A DNA stretch of 64,000 nt from Candidatus Roizmanbacteria bacterium (GCA_024654535.1 JANLHL010000038.1:105581-169580); one strand, 5' to 3'; shown: positions 29,130 to 37,544, counted from the stretch's first letter. Numbers and translations are program-made. Notes: a model not told the origin generated them from the letters alone.

Positions 29130-30023
29130 TTATTGTATGTATTTTGACGCGGCAATGAAAGTGCTGATCGTGGTAATTATCCCCCCGATTATCATAGTTG
29201 ATAATCCGAGTAGTGCAAAGAAATATATATTGGCTGGCCAAATTGTTATTGAAATTGGTAGGTTTTCTATAAGCTCGAGTGTCGGTATTCCAAATAAAAA
29301 TGTTCGTATATAAGGGAATAAATAGAGGTATCCTCCAACAAACATAGCTATACTCACGATACTTGCTAGAACATTAATAAATAAACCTTCTTTGAGGATG
29401 GGGCGTGCGACAAAATATTTTGAGGCGCCTAGTAACCGTAGAATATCAATTTCTTGTTTTCTGCGCATAATTTTAAACGTTGTAGTCATAAAAAGTACAA
29501 AAAACACCACTAAAAATTGCGAACCTAAAAAGACGAGTGCTCCAGCAGTGATGCTATTGGTAATACGTATGAGGTTGTCAACGATATCCTTTTCATAATC
29601 CACATTCTCAACTGCGGGATTTTTTTTTGCTAGTTTTGCAAGTCCTTCAAGTTTAGAGGGATCTTTTGCATATATTTCAAGAGATTGAGGAAGTGCTTCT
29701 TTGCTGACCATTTCTAAAATTTCTGGATCGTTTTTATTCAGCTGTTTATAGTACGATAACGCTTGTTCCTGTGAGACATACCCAACGTCACGCGTTTGTC
29801 CTGTGTTGACGAGATCTTCTCGGAGTTTGAATATAGTCGCTTTTTTCGTGTCTTTAACGAAATAGACGGTTGCCTGAGGTTGGGTTTTAATATAGCCAAC
29901 TATTCTTGTGAGGAGTAATATTGAACCGGCGAAAATAAAAAGCATAGTAAAACTAAATATGAGCGTTCCTAATACCATTAGCGATTGATACGGCGTTCTT
30001 CTTATCGATGAAAATATGTTCAT
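29130..30023 (-). CDS. ftsX: cell-division ABC transporter permease-like protein FtsX
   Basis: 297 aa. One TM helix, an extracytoplasmic domain of about 110 aa, then three TM helices. Motif ILRLLGASKYFVARP is typical of FtsX. Lies immediately after ftsE. Confidence 0.8.
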   Translation of the reverse strand: MNIFSSIRRTPYQSLMVLGTLIFSFTMLFIFAGSILLLTRIVGYIKTQPQATVYFVKDTKKATIFKLREDLVNTGQTRDVGYVSQEQALSYYKQLNKNDPEILEMVSKEALPQSLEIYAKDPSKLEGLAKLAKKNPAVENVDYEKDIVDNLIRITNSITAGALVFLGSQFLVVFFVLFMTTTFKIMRRKQEIDILRLLGASKYFVARPILKEGLFINVLASIVSIAMFVGGYLYLFPYIRTFLFGIPTLELIENLPISITIWPANIYFFALLGLSTMIIGGIITTISTFIAASKYIQ

Positions 30024-30024
30024 A

Positions 30025-30705
30025 TTATAAATCCAAACTATAACTGCCTCTTTGTTTATCTTTCACAATTTTGCCTTTCTTAATAGTAATAACTCTTTGT
30101 TTGAGCGCATTCACTATTTCTGCATTATGAGTGGCAAATATAATAGTACGTTTATCGTCATGGATTTTTCTAAACAAGTGTACTATTTCCCACATAGTTA
30201 CTGGATCGACGTTACCCGTTGGCTCATCTGCTAAAATAAGTTGACGTCCTCCCGCGATTGCCCGAGCTATTGCAAGGCGCTGCTGTTCTCCCGCAGATAG
30301 TTGTAGAGGGAAAAATCCTGCTTTTTTTTCAATTCCGGCAAGTGAGAGTGCGTTCATTGCCTCTTCTTTTGGATTTTTGTGATGCACAATTTCCAAACCA
30401 ACCATTACATTTTCCAAGGCACTTCGGTCTTGGATAATTTTAAAATCCTGAAAAACTGTTCCAATCTTTTTTCTAAGCTCATCCGATGACTTAAAATTTC
30501 GTGATGAAACTTCTTCGTCCTCAACGAAAACGGAGCCTTCGTCTGGAATGAGTTGCCGCATTATGAGGCGTAACAAGCTTGTTTTTCCAGCGCCAGATGG
30601 CCCGATAAGAAATACAAACTGACCTTGCTCAATTGTGAAAGATATATCGTTCAGGGAAAAAGTTCCTGACGAGTACTGCATTGAAACGTTTTCGAACCGT
30701 ATCAT
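30025..30705 (-). CDS. ftsE: cell-division ATP-binding protein FtsE
   Basis: The ATG at 30705 gives MIRFENVSMQY. Walker A GPSGAGKTS, signature LSAGEQQRLAIARA, Walker B LILADEPTGNVD. Confidence 0.88.
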   Translation of the reverse strand: MIRFENVSMQYSSGTFSLNDISFTIEQGQFVFLIGPSGAGKTSLLRLIMRQLIPDEGSVFVEDEEVSSRNFKSSDELRKKIGTVFQDFKIIQDRSALENVMVGLEIVHHKNPKEEAMNALSLAGIEKKAGFFPLQLSAGEQQRLAIARAIAGGRQLILADEPTGNVDPVTMWEIVHLFRKIHDDKRTIIFATHNAEIVNALKQRVITIKKGKIVKDKQRGSYSLDL

Positions 30706-30707
30706 AC

Positions 30708-31172
30708 TTATTGTAGTTCCAAATAGCCTACATCCATAAGCCATCCGGCAGTTTGTGCGGAGTATGTTTTACCCCACACTTTTACTTTTTTATTGACAAA
30801 CTGATCTAAATTTACCGCTGATGAGGTGAGATAAACGTTTTGTGATGGACCGCCTTTTCGCTCTAAGTGATGTGTTCCTTCTCCTTCAACACCACCTTTT
30901 TTGAGTAATCCTTCAGCAGCATCTGGAAATCTCTTTTCATTTTTTGTACCAAAAGCATTTTTATTGACTCCAGTTCCTTGTTTCATCTCTACGCCTGTTG
31001 TCTGGGTTTTAGAAGAAACTCTATAATTTGCCACTGCAACTCCAGATAGACTACCGGTAACGCAAGCTAGGATAACAATAACTACAATAGGAAAAATAGA
31101 AGAATTCTTTCTTTTCGAAATAGGTTCGTATTGTTTTTGTGGTTCTAGTGTATGGAATGTTGGTTGTGCCAT
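30708..31172 (-). CDS. membrane-anchored hypothetical protein
   Basis: 154 aa. A single TM helix (IFPIVVIVILACVTGSLSGVAVA), then a Gly/Lys-rich extracytoplasmic domain. No recognisable motif. Lies between prfB and ftsE. Confidence 0.45.
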   Translation of the reverse strand: MAQPTFHTLEPQKQYEPISKRKNSSIFPIVVIVILACVTGSLSGVAVANYRVSSKTQTTGVEMKQGTGVNKNAFGTKNEKRFPDAAEGLLKKGGVEGEGTHHLERKGGPSQNVYLTSSAVNLDQFVNKKVKVWGKTYSAQTAGWLMDVGYLELQ

Positions 31173-31190
31173 TATAGGTATTGTAACCAG

Positions 31191-32198
31191 TTATGAAATT
31201 TTTAGCAAATACGCTTTTATGAAATCATCTAAATCGCCGTTTAAAACCCTATCTGGATTACTCGTTTCATGATTTGTACGAAGGTCTTTGACCATGCGAT
31301 AAGGGTGCAGAACATAGGAGCGAATCTGAGTACCCCAGCTTGCCATTATATTTTTTTTAAATGTATCTTCTTTTTTCATCCGTCTAGTTTCTTCTTGCTG
31401 CCACAATTTGCCACGTAATATCTGCAGTGCAAACTGTCGATTTTGTTGCTGTGAACGCTCTTGTTGACAGGTAACAATAGTGCCGCTTGGTACATGTGTC
31501 AATCGTACAGCGGTTGCTACCTTATTTACATTTTGTCCTCCGTGGCCGCCACTGTGAAAAAATTGCCACAAAAGATCTGATTCCTTAATATCTATGACCG
31601 CCTCCTTTAATATTGGAAACACTTCGACGAGTGCAAAAGAGGTTTGACGTAAATTACTTGCGTTGAAGGGGGATAATCGCACGAGACGGTGAGTTCCAGC
31701 TTCTGCTTTTAAGTGACCGTATGCGTACTCGCCAAGTACGTTAACGGTAATAGTTTTAAGCCCAGCTTCTTCTCCAGCGATTTCATCTACCATTTCTACT
31801 TTCCATCCTTTGAGATGGAAGTATTTATCGTACATTCGCCATAACATTTGGGTCCAATCCATAGCTTCGGTTCCCCCTTGTCCTGCATGTATAGTAAAGA
31901 TGACATCATGATCATCATATTGACCAGAAAATAAGAGTAGTGTTTCATATTTATCGAGTAGTGTCGCAAGTTCCTTTTCCTCTCCTCCTTCATAGAGAAG
32001 CTGCATCATTTCAATTTCTTCTATCTTTGTTTGTAAACGGTGCTGTTCTTGTGTTATCTCTTTAGCACGTGAGATGTCTTGCCAAAGAGCAGGGTCTTCC
32101 ATCTGTTTCGTCAGAACTGCCAGTCTCTCTTTCTTCTGAGGCATAGCAAATTTTTGGGTAAGTTGTGTATATTTTTCTGTGGTTTCTGGAGAAATCAT
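31191..32198 (-). CDS. prfB: peptide chain release factor 2
   Basis: SPF tripeptide (RLSPFNASN), GGQ (SGGHGGQNVNKV), IRSYVLHPY. Aligns along its length with E. coli RF2 from recall. ATG at 32198; the track start at 32213 is TTG. One continuous frame with no +1 frameshift site. Confidence 0.9.
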   Translation of the reverse strand: MISPETTEKYTQLTQKFAMPQKKERLAVLTKQMEDPALWQDISRAKEITQEQHRLQTKIEEIEMMQLLYEGGEEKELATLLDKYETLLLFSGQYDDHDVIFTIHAGQGGTEAMDWTQMLWRMYDKYFHLKGWKVEMVDEIAGEEAGLKTITVNVLGEYAYGHLKAEAGTHRLVRLSPFNASNLRQTSFALVEVFPILKEAVIDIKESDLLWQFFHSGGHGGQNVNKVATAVRLTHVPSGTIVTCQQERSQQQNRQFALQILRGKLWQQEETRRMKKEDTFKKNIMASWGTQIRSYVLHPYRMVKDLRTNHETSNPDRVLNGDLDDFIKAYLLKIS

Positions 32199-32243
32199 AT
32201 ATGTATTATACAATCTTGTTACAGAGAAGGGAGTGATGATAAA

Positions 32244-33668
32244 CTATTTTGAGTCTGCACCCAATATAATTGTTGTCGTTGAAGAAGTTACTTTTTCATA
32301 TGTTGGCTTGTCTGAAAGGTACGATGATAAATCTTTTGCTATACGATCGAACGCTTCTTTTGAATTTGTTTGAATAACTGTTTTAGTATATTCATAATTA
32401 TCTGCATTATCTAACCGTGTTATTGTATAGCCCTTTTCTTCGAGCCGAACTTTATATGTATTTGCGAGTCCGGCAGATCCCTCACCGTTTTCAAGTATTA
32501 TAGGTATGTCCTTAGCGGAAACACTCGGCGTTGGTGAATTTTTTGGGACTGTCGTTGGTAGAGGTTTTGGTGTCGCTGTTGGTTTTTTGCTGAACAACAT
32601 AGGTATTTTGACAGTAGGTACGCTCAGTGTAATAGGATGTGTTAGAGCTATGCGTAAAACAAAGAAACTTAAACCAGCAGAAAAGAATAACAAGACAGCG
32701 ATTGTAAGAATTTTTTTTATGTGGATATTCGATCGTATACGAATGTGTTGCGATTTTTGCACTTTTTGAGTGGGAATGATAGCAATCGCATGAGATGTCT
32801 TTTTTTCTAAATGCGATAACAGTACGATCTCACGAGAGAACGTTACAAGGCTTTCTTCAAGAAGGTGCTGCTGTGCTGTTATTAATAACGGAGAGTCAGT
32901 GAGTATTCTATGCAACGGATTTGTCCATATTCCAATTGTTTTTGTAAAACTATCTTGACGAATATCGAGTGATTTTGCACCACTTAAAATGAGGCGGGTC
33001 GGCTTATTTGCACTTTTATTAAGTGTTTTAAGGTCTTTTTCTATATCTGCAGAGCTAATAATTTGGACGGCATTTTCTACAAGACCATAGGCATCAAAAT
33101 ACAATCCTGTGCTTGTTTGTGGTTCATACTCGAGAAAAAATACGTGTTCTTTTTTTGTTGTGTTGAGCGTGTGATTAAATGTTTCAAACAGAAGGAGTGA
33201 CTCTGGATAAAAGGCCTGTATATCTATATCAAAAAAGTCTAAAAGTGTGCTGACTGTTTGTTTATTTTGACCCGTTAATACATACACGCTCGCTGTTGTT
33301 TTACCTCGTACTGTGGAAAGAAAATATCTATGTGAGTCTGCAGAAGAAAGATCGGGAAAGAGTGTGTGTAATTGTTTTTCTACATAGTCGTCCATTGTTT
33401 CTGGAGCAATGTCGAGTGGGATATCTAGCCGAGCAAAATTGAAAAAACGCTCTGCAAGTATGACCTGTGCGCGGAGTTTTCTCATTTTTGGCAGTCCACT
33501 TTCTTCGAGCAGTTTCTTCAGGTAGAGAGCCCATATATCGATGTCAAAATTTTCTGCCTTATCTATTGGGATATTAACACTTGCGTGTAATTCTTGTTTT
33601 TTCCCAAGGAAGGAAGATGTGCTCGACGCTATCTGCAGACGATTATGGAGTAAGCTTATGATAATCAT
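32244..33668 (-). CDS. bitopic protein: PilM/FtsA-like cytoplasmic N-domain (tentative) - TM - Pro/Thr linker - LytR_C domain
   Basis: The C-terminal region IPIILENGEGSAGLANTYKVRLEEKGYTITRLDNADNYEYTKTVIQ is a clear LytR_C domain. TM helix ILTIAVLLFFSAGLSFFVLRIAL. The N-terminal ~320 aa starts MIIISLLHNRLQIA, resembling the first strand of PilM-type actin-like folds (weak call). ATG at 33668; the track start is TTG at 33704. Confidence 0.55.
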   Translation of the reverse strand: MIIISLLHNRLQIASSTSSFLGKKQELHASVNIPIDKAENFDIDIWALYLKKLLEESGLPKMRKLRAQVILAERFFNFARLDIPLDIAPETMDDYVEKQLHTLFPDLSSADSHRYFLSTVRGKTTASVYVLTGQNKQTVSTLLDFFDIDIQAFYPESLLLFETFNHTLNTTKKEHVFFLEYEPQTSTGLYFDAYGLVENAVQIISSADIEKDLKTLNKSANKPTRLILSGAKSLDIRQDSFTKTIGIWTNPLHRILTDSPLLITAQQHLLEESLVTFSREIVLLSHLEKKTSHAIAIIPTQKVQKSQHIRIRSNIHIKKILTIAVLLFFSAGLSFFVLRIALTHPITLSVPTVKIPMLFSKKPTATPKPLPTTVPKNSPTPSVSAKDIPIILENGEGSAGLANTYKVRLEEKGYTITRLDNADNYEYTKTVIQTNSKEAFDRIAKDLSSYLSDKPTYEKVTSSTTTIILGADSK

Positions 33669-33776
33669 CACCCTAATGATGACACATTTTTTGATAAGTG
33701 GCAAGTGGTTTGTTCCAAGGCGATATTACTAATTTGTTAGTTTCACTATCAATAGATACTTCTGATACTCGGAACG

Positions 33777-34262
33777 TTATGTCTGTTTTTCTTCTCTCAA
33801 ACGTTTTAGAATGGAAGTTGTAGCGTGCTGAGGATCTCTTGCAATGACTATTTTAACTTGTGCATGTATGCTACGGGCTTGTTTACGTTTTTGAGATAGA
33901 TAAGGGTCATTTTCAGTGACAGCGATAATACGAGGACATATTGCTTTAACTAGTCTGAAATAGTCTTCATAACCAGACAGCTGAGGTAAGGAAACAACTG
34001 AATCGACCGTACGAATTTCTTTCAGAATAGCGGCTCTTTCTTGTACTGTATGAAAAGGCTCCCTCTCTTTTTGTGAGCGTATAAAAGCATCATTTTCGAG
34101 GGCCACGACTAAAAAATCTCCTGTCTTTTTAGCTCGTTTTAAAAAAGATATATGTCCAAAATGCAGAATATCAAAACAGCCACCCACAAGTACAATACTT
34201 TTTTGTCTTAGATGTTCAAATTCTTTTTCAAGTGCGTTAAAAAAAAGGTCGTTAGTACTCAT
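33777..34262 (-). CDS. cytidylyl/adenylyltransferase-family nucleotidyltransferase (TagD/RfaE-domain-II-like)
   Basis: 161 aa. GGCFDILHFGHISFLKRAK carries the HxGH motif of the CTP_transf_like family. ATGA-coupled to the upstream GT2. Confidence 0.7.
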   Translation of the reverse strand: MSTNDLFFNALEKEFEHLRQKSIVLVGGCFDILHFGHISFLKRAKKTGDFLVVALENDAFIRSQKEREPFHTVQERAAILKEIRTVDSVVSLPQLSGYEDYFRLVKAICPRIIAVTENDPYLSQKRKQARSIHAQVKIVIARDPQHATTSILKRLREEKQT

Positions 34263-35188
34263 GCATTTGTCGTTTCTTTTAGAAGATAAGGTGGTCTATT
34301 CTGAGATTCTTGATATGTCTTTCCGATATATTCACCAATAATGCCTATGGTGATTAGCTGGATACCTCCCATAAATAGCACTGCGATAAAGAGAGTAGTC
34401 CATCCAGTAATCCAAAATTCATGAGGTAAAAATATACGTCTATAGAGCGCGTAGGTAATGCCTAAAATCCCCAGCATTGCCGTAACAAATCCGATGTACA
34501 TAGCGACGCGAAGCGGTTTTATAGAAAAAGAGATTAACCCATCGAGTGCGAGATTGAGCATTTTGGAGAACGTATAGTGTGTGGTGCCAGCAAAGCGCTC
34601 ATCGCGATTATATTCTACTTGATCCCATGAAAATCCACCCCATGAAACCAGGCCCCGAATATATTTGTTGTGCTCTGGTAAATTTTTTATATACGTCACT
34701 ACTGTTTTATCGAGTAGACGAAAGTCTCCAACATCTGTAGGAATCCGAACGTCTGAAAGTATATTGAGAAAACGATAAAAAATATATGCAGTCAGTTTTT
34801 TAAATGGTGAGTCTTTTCTTTTTTGTCGTCTCGCATAGACAATTTGTGTTCCTTTTTCCCATTTTTTTACCATAGTTGGGATAATTTCTGGAGGATCTTG
34901 TAAATCAGCATCTATGCTAATAACGCAATCTCCTTTTGCTTTTTGATATCCGCAAAAAAGTGCATTTTGATGGCCAAAATTACGAGTAAATGAATATATC
35001 TTTAATAACTTATTTGTTGCCGCACTGTTTTTAAGAATGGAGAGAGTGCTATCCGTAGATCCATCGTCTATAAACAGTATTTCGTATGTATAATTTTGAA
35101 CTGCCTTTGAAAGACGCTCAACCAATATGGGGATATTTTTTTCCTCGTTGTGCACTGGAACTATGATGGATAATAGAAATTTATTCAT
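34259..35188 (-). CDS. polyprenol-monophosphate sugar synthase, GT2 (GtrB/ArnC-type)
   Basis: The ATG at 35188 gives MNKFLLSIIVPVHNEEKNI. Also FIDDGSTDST, DADLQDPPE, two C-terminal TM helices and GEYIGKTY. The track extension to 35260 runs through a tRNA gene. Confidence 0.85.
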   Translation of the reverse strand: MNKFLLSIIVPVHNEEKNIPILVERLSKAVQNYTYEILFIDDGSTDSTLSILKNSAATNKLLKIYSFTRNFGHQNALFCGYQKAKGDCVISIDADLQDPPEIIPTMVKKWEKGTQIVYARRQKRKDSPFKKLTAYIFYRFLNILSDVRIPTDVGDFRLLDKTVVTYIKNLPEHNKYIRGLVSWGGFSWDQVEYNRDERFAGTTHYTFSKMLNLALDGLISFSIKPLRVAMYIGFVTAMLGILGITYALYRRIFLPHEFWITGWTTLFIAVLFMGGIQLITIGIIGEYIGKTYQESQNRPPYLLKETTNA

Positions 35189-35197
35189 AGATAATAT

Positions 35198-35269
35198 TGG
35201 TTGCGGAGCTGGGAGTCGAACCCAGTCTAAAAGGTTATGAGCCTTTTGTGCGCCGTACACTACTCCGCA
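35198..35269 (-). tRNA. tRNA with anticodon CAT (elongator Met or lysidine-modified Ile2), CCA encoded
   Basis: Minus strand: TGCGGAG TA GTG TACGGCG CAC A AAAGG CTCATAA CCTTT TAGA CTGGG TTCGACT CCCAG CTCCGCA A CCA. The cloverleaf folds by hand and the T-loop is TTCGACT. There is no GGG/CCC anticodon stem, so it is not an initiator. Confidence 0.8.
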
Positions 35270-35333
35270 CTTGGGAAGTATACACGTACAGTATAACGTA
35301 ATGAGGGTACAAACACAAGAAATGATGAATAAA

Positions 35334-36254
35334 TTAGTTTCTCTTAATCCAGTTTATTATTGCAGTATTTAATTCGCTTTCTTTTCCATCAAACCCATGG
35401 TTTGCTTGCGGAATGATAGTGAATTTGAATTGGGTAGAATTAGATACTTTTTTTTTGAGTAGTGCGACTATTTCTGGAACTTTGTTGTAGCAATATTCGT
35501 CTTCTTCGCCGTATACGACAAGTGTCGGTAGGGTAATAGAACGAAATTCCCGAAACAAACTCTTTTTTGATAAATGTAGGTTGTTAAAGTGTTCATAATA
35601 TGGAAAAATATTATAGTCACCATCTGGATGTATAGTGTCGTAGAGAGAAGTATAGGTCAGTATCATGCCATCAGTGTAATCAAGTGGGGCATAGGTATCT
35701 CCTTTTCCTTTTCTGATTACGTTGTAAGAATTTTTGAGCGCCTCATTGTATTTTTTTTCACCAAGCGCATTATAAAAAAGCCCAGCGTCATCGCCTCCTG
35801 AAATAAGAATATACCCTGCGCATGGGTTTGTAGATGTATAGTAGTTATATATACATATTTTATTTGCTCCTGTCGATGAGCCAGCGAGATAAAAAGTGGT
35901 ATACCCTTTTTTTCGTAAAAAATCTATAGCGCCATCAATGTCATAAACACACTCTTTTATTTGTTCGTATGCCATTCCAGCGAGAATTCTTGTTTCAGGA
36001 TAGGTATTTTTTCGCAATTTTTTTATGTAGTGAGCGCCTCTATTGTTAAAAGGAAAATAGGAAATTTGTTCTTTGTTTAGTTGTTGACCAAGTGAATTTT
36101 GTTTCGAAGGGGAGTAGAAGACAGACGAGCTACCGTTACCGTGAATGTACAGACATGCTTTTTTTGTGGGAGTAGTAGGTTCATATAATAATCCTGGGAG
36201 TAGTACGCCGTCTGTTGCCTCAAGTTCTACAAGCGATACGGTTGATGGGGTCAC
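35334..36254 (-). CDS. alpha/beta-fold hydrolase
   Basis: 306 aa. Motif ACLYIHGNGSSS, nucleophile elbow LAGSSTGANK (G-x-S-x-G-like), C-terminal His (ANHGFDG). GTG start with GTGA overlap. Confidence 0.6.
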   Translation of the reverse strand: MTPSTVSLVELEATDGVLLPGLLYEPTTPTKKACLYIHGNGSSSVFYSPSKQNSLGQQLNKEQISYFPFNNRGAHYIKKLRKNTYPETRILAGMAYEQIKECVYDIDGAIDFLRKKGYTTFYLAGSSTGANKICIYNYYTSTNPCAGYILISGGDDAGLFYNALGEKKYNEALKNSYNVIRKGKGDTYAPLDYTDGMILTYTSLYDTIHPDGDYNIFPYYEHFNNLHLSKKSLFREFRSITLPTLVVYGEEDEYCYNKVPEIVALLKKKVSNSTQFKFTIIPQANHGFDGKESELNTAIINWIKRN

Positions 36255-36907
36255 TTCTCATCAATGGCAACTGATTGTATATGCACTGGGTTTACGGGCG
36301 AAGACCCTTCTCCACCAGTTTGCATAGGCGCAGTTGCTATTTTATCGACTACGTCCATACCCTCAAGCACGTGGCCGAAGATAACATATGACTTTGGTAG
36401 TTCAGTGTCGGCGTGCATTATAAAAAATTGACTTCCGTTTGTGTTTGGTCCACTATTAGCCATGGCGACAGTTCCTCTGGTGTAGCTGCCTGCTATAGGT
36501 TCATCAGCAAATGTATAGCCCGGGCCACCAGTGCCATCTCCGCTAGGATCTCCTCCTTGGATCATAAAACCTTTTATGACACGATGGAAGATAGTATTTG
36601 CATAAAACCCCTTTTTTGCCAAATATACAAAATTATTTACGGTGATGGGAGTATCTTTTGTGTCCAAATTAATAGTGATGTCTCCTTCGGTTGTTGTGAC
36701 TGTGGCGGTATATGTTTTATTAACGTCGATGGTCATTGGGGGCTGTTTAGTATTTTTTTTTGTCATTTCTTCTGTTGGTTCAACTGGTATTTGAGAAGTT
36801 TGGCTTGTTGTTGTAGACTTTTGTGAGAAAAGATTATTCCATCCAAAAAGTACTATTACGATAAGTGCAGATCCCGCAAGTAATAAATATGCTACTTCTT
36901 TTTTCAT
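36251..36907 (-). CDS. cyclophilin-type peptidyl-prolyl cis-trans isomerase with N-terminal membrane anchor
   Basis: ATG at 36907 (MKKEVAYLLLAGSALIVIVLF). Motifs FHRVIKGFMIQGGDP, GTVAMANSGPNTNGSQFFI. Confidence 0.88.
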   Translation of the reverse strand: MKKEVAYLLLAGSALIVIVLFGWNNLFSQKSTTTSQTSQIPVEPTEEMTKKNTKQPPMTIDVNKTYTATVTTTEGDITINLDTKDTPITVNNFVYLAKKGFYANTIFHRVIKGFMIQGGDPSGDGTGGPGYTFADEPIAGSYTRGTVAMANSGPNTNGSQFFIMHADTELPKSYVIFGHVLEGMDVVDKIATAPMQTGGEGSSPVNPVHIQSVAIDEK

Positions 36908-37007
36908 GATCTGTAGTATAGTAACGCATATATTGGAACATGTCAAAGCATGTATTGCAAATTACGCACAAAGTTGGCACAATTGAACTGAAAGGAGATG
37001 AAAATAA

Positions 37008-37214
37008 ATGGCAGTATCATTCTACGATGTAAAAAACAAAGCTTCAGTCGAAGTAGCAGATGACAAACTACGCAAGACAAAGTATGAAAGAACGACCAAA
37101 TCTGGTTCTGTGCAAGTACGATATGCACTTCGCGGGACACTTGCAGATGGTCGCAAGGTCACAAAATTTGTGAGCAAAGAAACATGGGATCAACACAGTG
37201 TTCCTATGGAATAA
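37008..37214 (+). CDS. small basic protein (68 aa), unknown function
   Basis: Strong SD (AAAGGAG, about 10 nt upstream of the ATG), followed by a 10-bp stem-loop. Lys/Arg-rich sequence that looks beta-strand-like (MAVSFYDVKNKASVEVADDKLRKTKYERTTKSGSVQVRYALRG...). Sole plus-strand gene in a minus-strand context. Confidence 0.5.
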   Translation: MAVSFYDVKNKASVEVADDKLRKTKYERTTKSGSVQVRYALRGTLADGRKVTKFVSKETWDQHSVPME

Positions 37215-37226
37215 GATTGAATAATA

Positions 37227-37255
37227 CGTGAAGGCCTGCCTTTGGGGCCTTCACG
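37227..37255. terminator. GC-rich stem-loop between convergent transcription units
   Basis: cgtgaaggcc (37227-37236) pairs perfectly with ggccttcacg (37246-37255) around a 9-nt loop. It starts 13 nt after the stop of the 68-aa gene. There is no clean U-tract, so function as an intrinsic terminator is uncertain. Confidence 0.4.
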
Positions 37256-37438
37256 AGAAGCTAGACAATCTTTAATTTTTGTTTGTTTGGTCAGTTTTCG
37301 GAAAGAATAAAGAATGGGCCAATTCTCGTTCCTCGAAAAGTAGCTGTCCGTCTTCGCCCCATTTATGATGCTTGAACGTGGCTTCGGCCGGACACGAAGA
37401 GCTTCTAAACTCACATTCGTTCGCTAAGAATCTCTAGT

Positions 37439-37457
37439 GTCGGGATGGCCGGACTTG
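37439..37457 (-). repeat. exact 19-nt copy of the tRNA-Pro 3' end (T-loop 3' half to discriminator)
   Basis: The plus-strand string gtcgggatggccggacttg occurs at 37439-37457 and inside the tRNA gene at 37547-37565. The adjoining aaccgg of the T-arm recurs at 37531-37536. Confidence 0.85.
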
Positions 37458-37544
37458 CTCAACTGACAGTTTACGAACGTACGTAAGTAATTACTGTCAG
37501 TTAGTCCGCCGAAGCTTGAGCGAAGGCGGAAACCGGTTGTTTGT

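Noticed and set aside
31191-32243. Programmed +1 frameshift in prfB
   Set aside because: The RF2 frame is continuous from its start through the region homologous to the E. coli frameshift site. The upstream 30-nt gap has no short leader ORF. This RF2 is encoded without autoregulatory frameshifting, as in a substantial minority of bacteria.
35189-35260. N-terminal extensions of track ORFs (35260; also 3329-3481, 25460-25576, 22243-22278, 36908-36946, 30706-30744)
   Set aside because: The extensions overlap a tRNA gene or neighbouring genes, often begin at TTG/GTG, and precede an internal ATG that matches the conserved N-terminus of the family.
36413-36826. Antisense or nested ORFs of 60-137 aa inside long genes (e.g. 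36413-36826, 61389-61754, 41331-41648, 10924-11235, 16917-17222, 55065-55361)
   Set aside because: Each lies entirely within a longer ORF that has strong family motifs on the other strand or frame. Their sequences are low-complexity or Cys/Arg-rich in a non-protein-like way. These are expected chance ORFs.
37190-37414. 74-aa ORF on the minus strand in the tRNA-Pro-adjacent gap
   Set aside because: It overlaps the 3' end and stem-loop of the convergent 68-aa gene. It has no SD, and its Arg/Ser/Lys-rich composition looks arbitrary. The GC-rich non-coding region most likely just lacks stops.
37258-37436. Possible tmRNA, SRP RNA or 6S RNA in the ~180-nt unassigned region downstream of tRNA-Pro
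   Set aside because: I looked for several hallmarks and found none. These were a tmRNA 5' GGGG...UUCGAC, a T-arm/ACCA end with a matching acceptor, an ...ALAA-type tag frame, and the SRP helix-8 GGAA/AGCA motif. The only features are a UUCG-capped hairpin around 37377-37397 and the string GGGGCGAAGACGG. That is not enough to call an RNA gene; an Infernal/Rfam scan would settle it.
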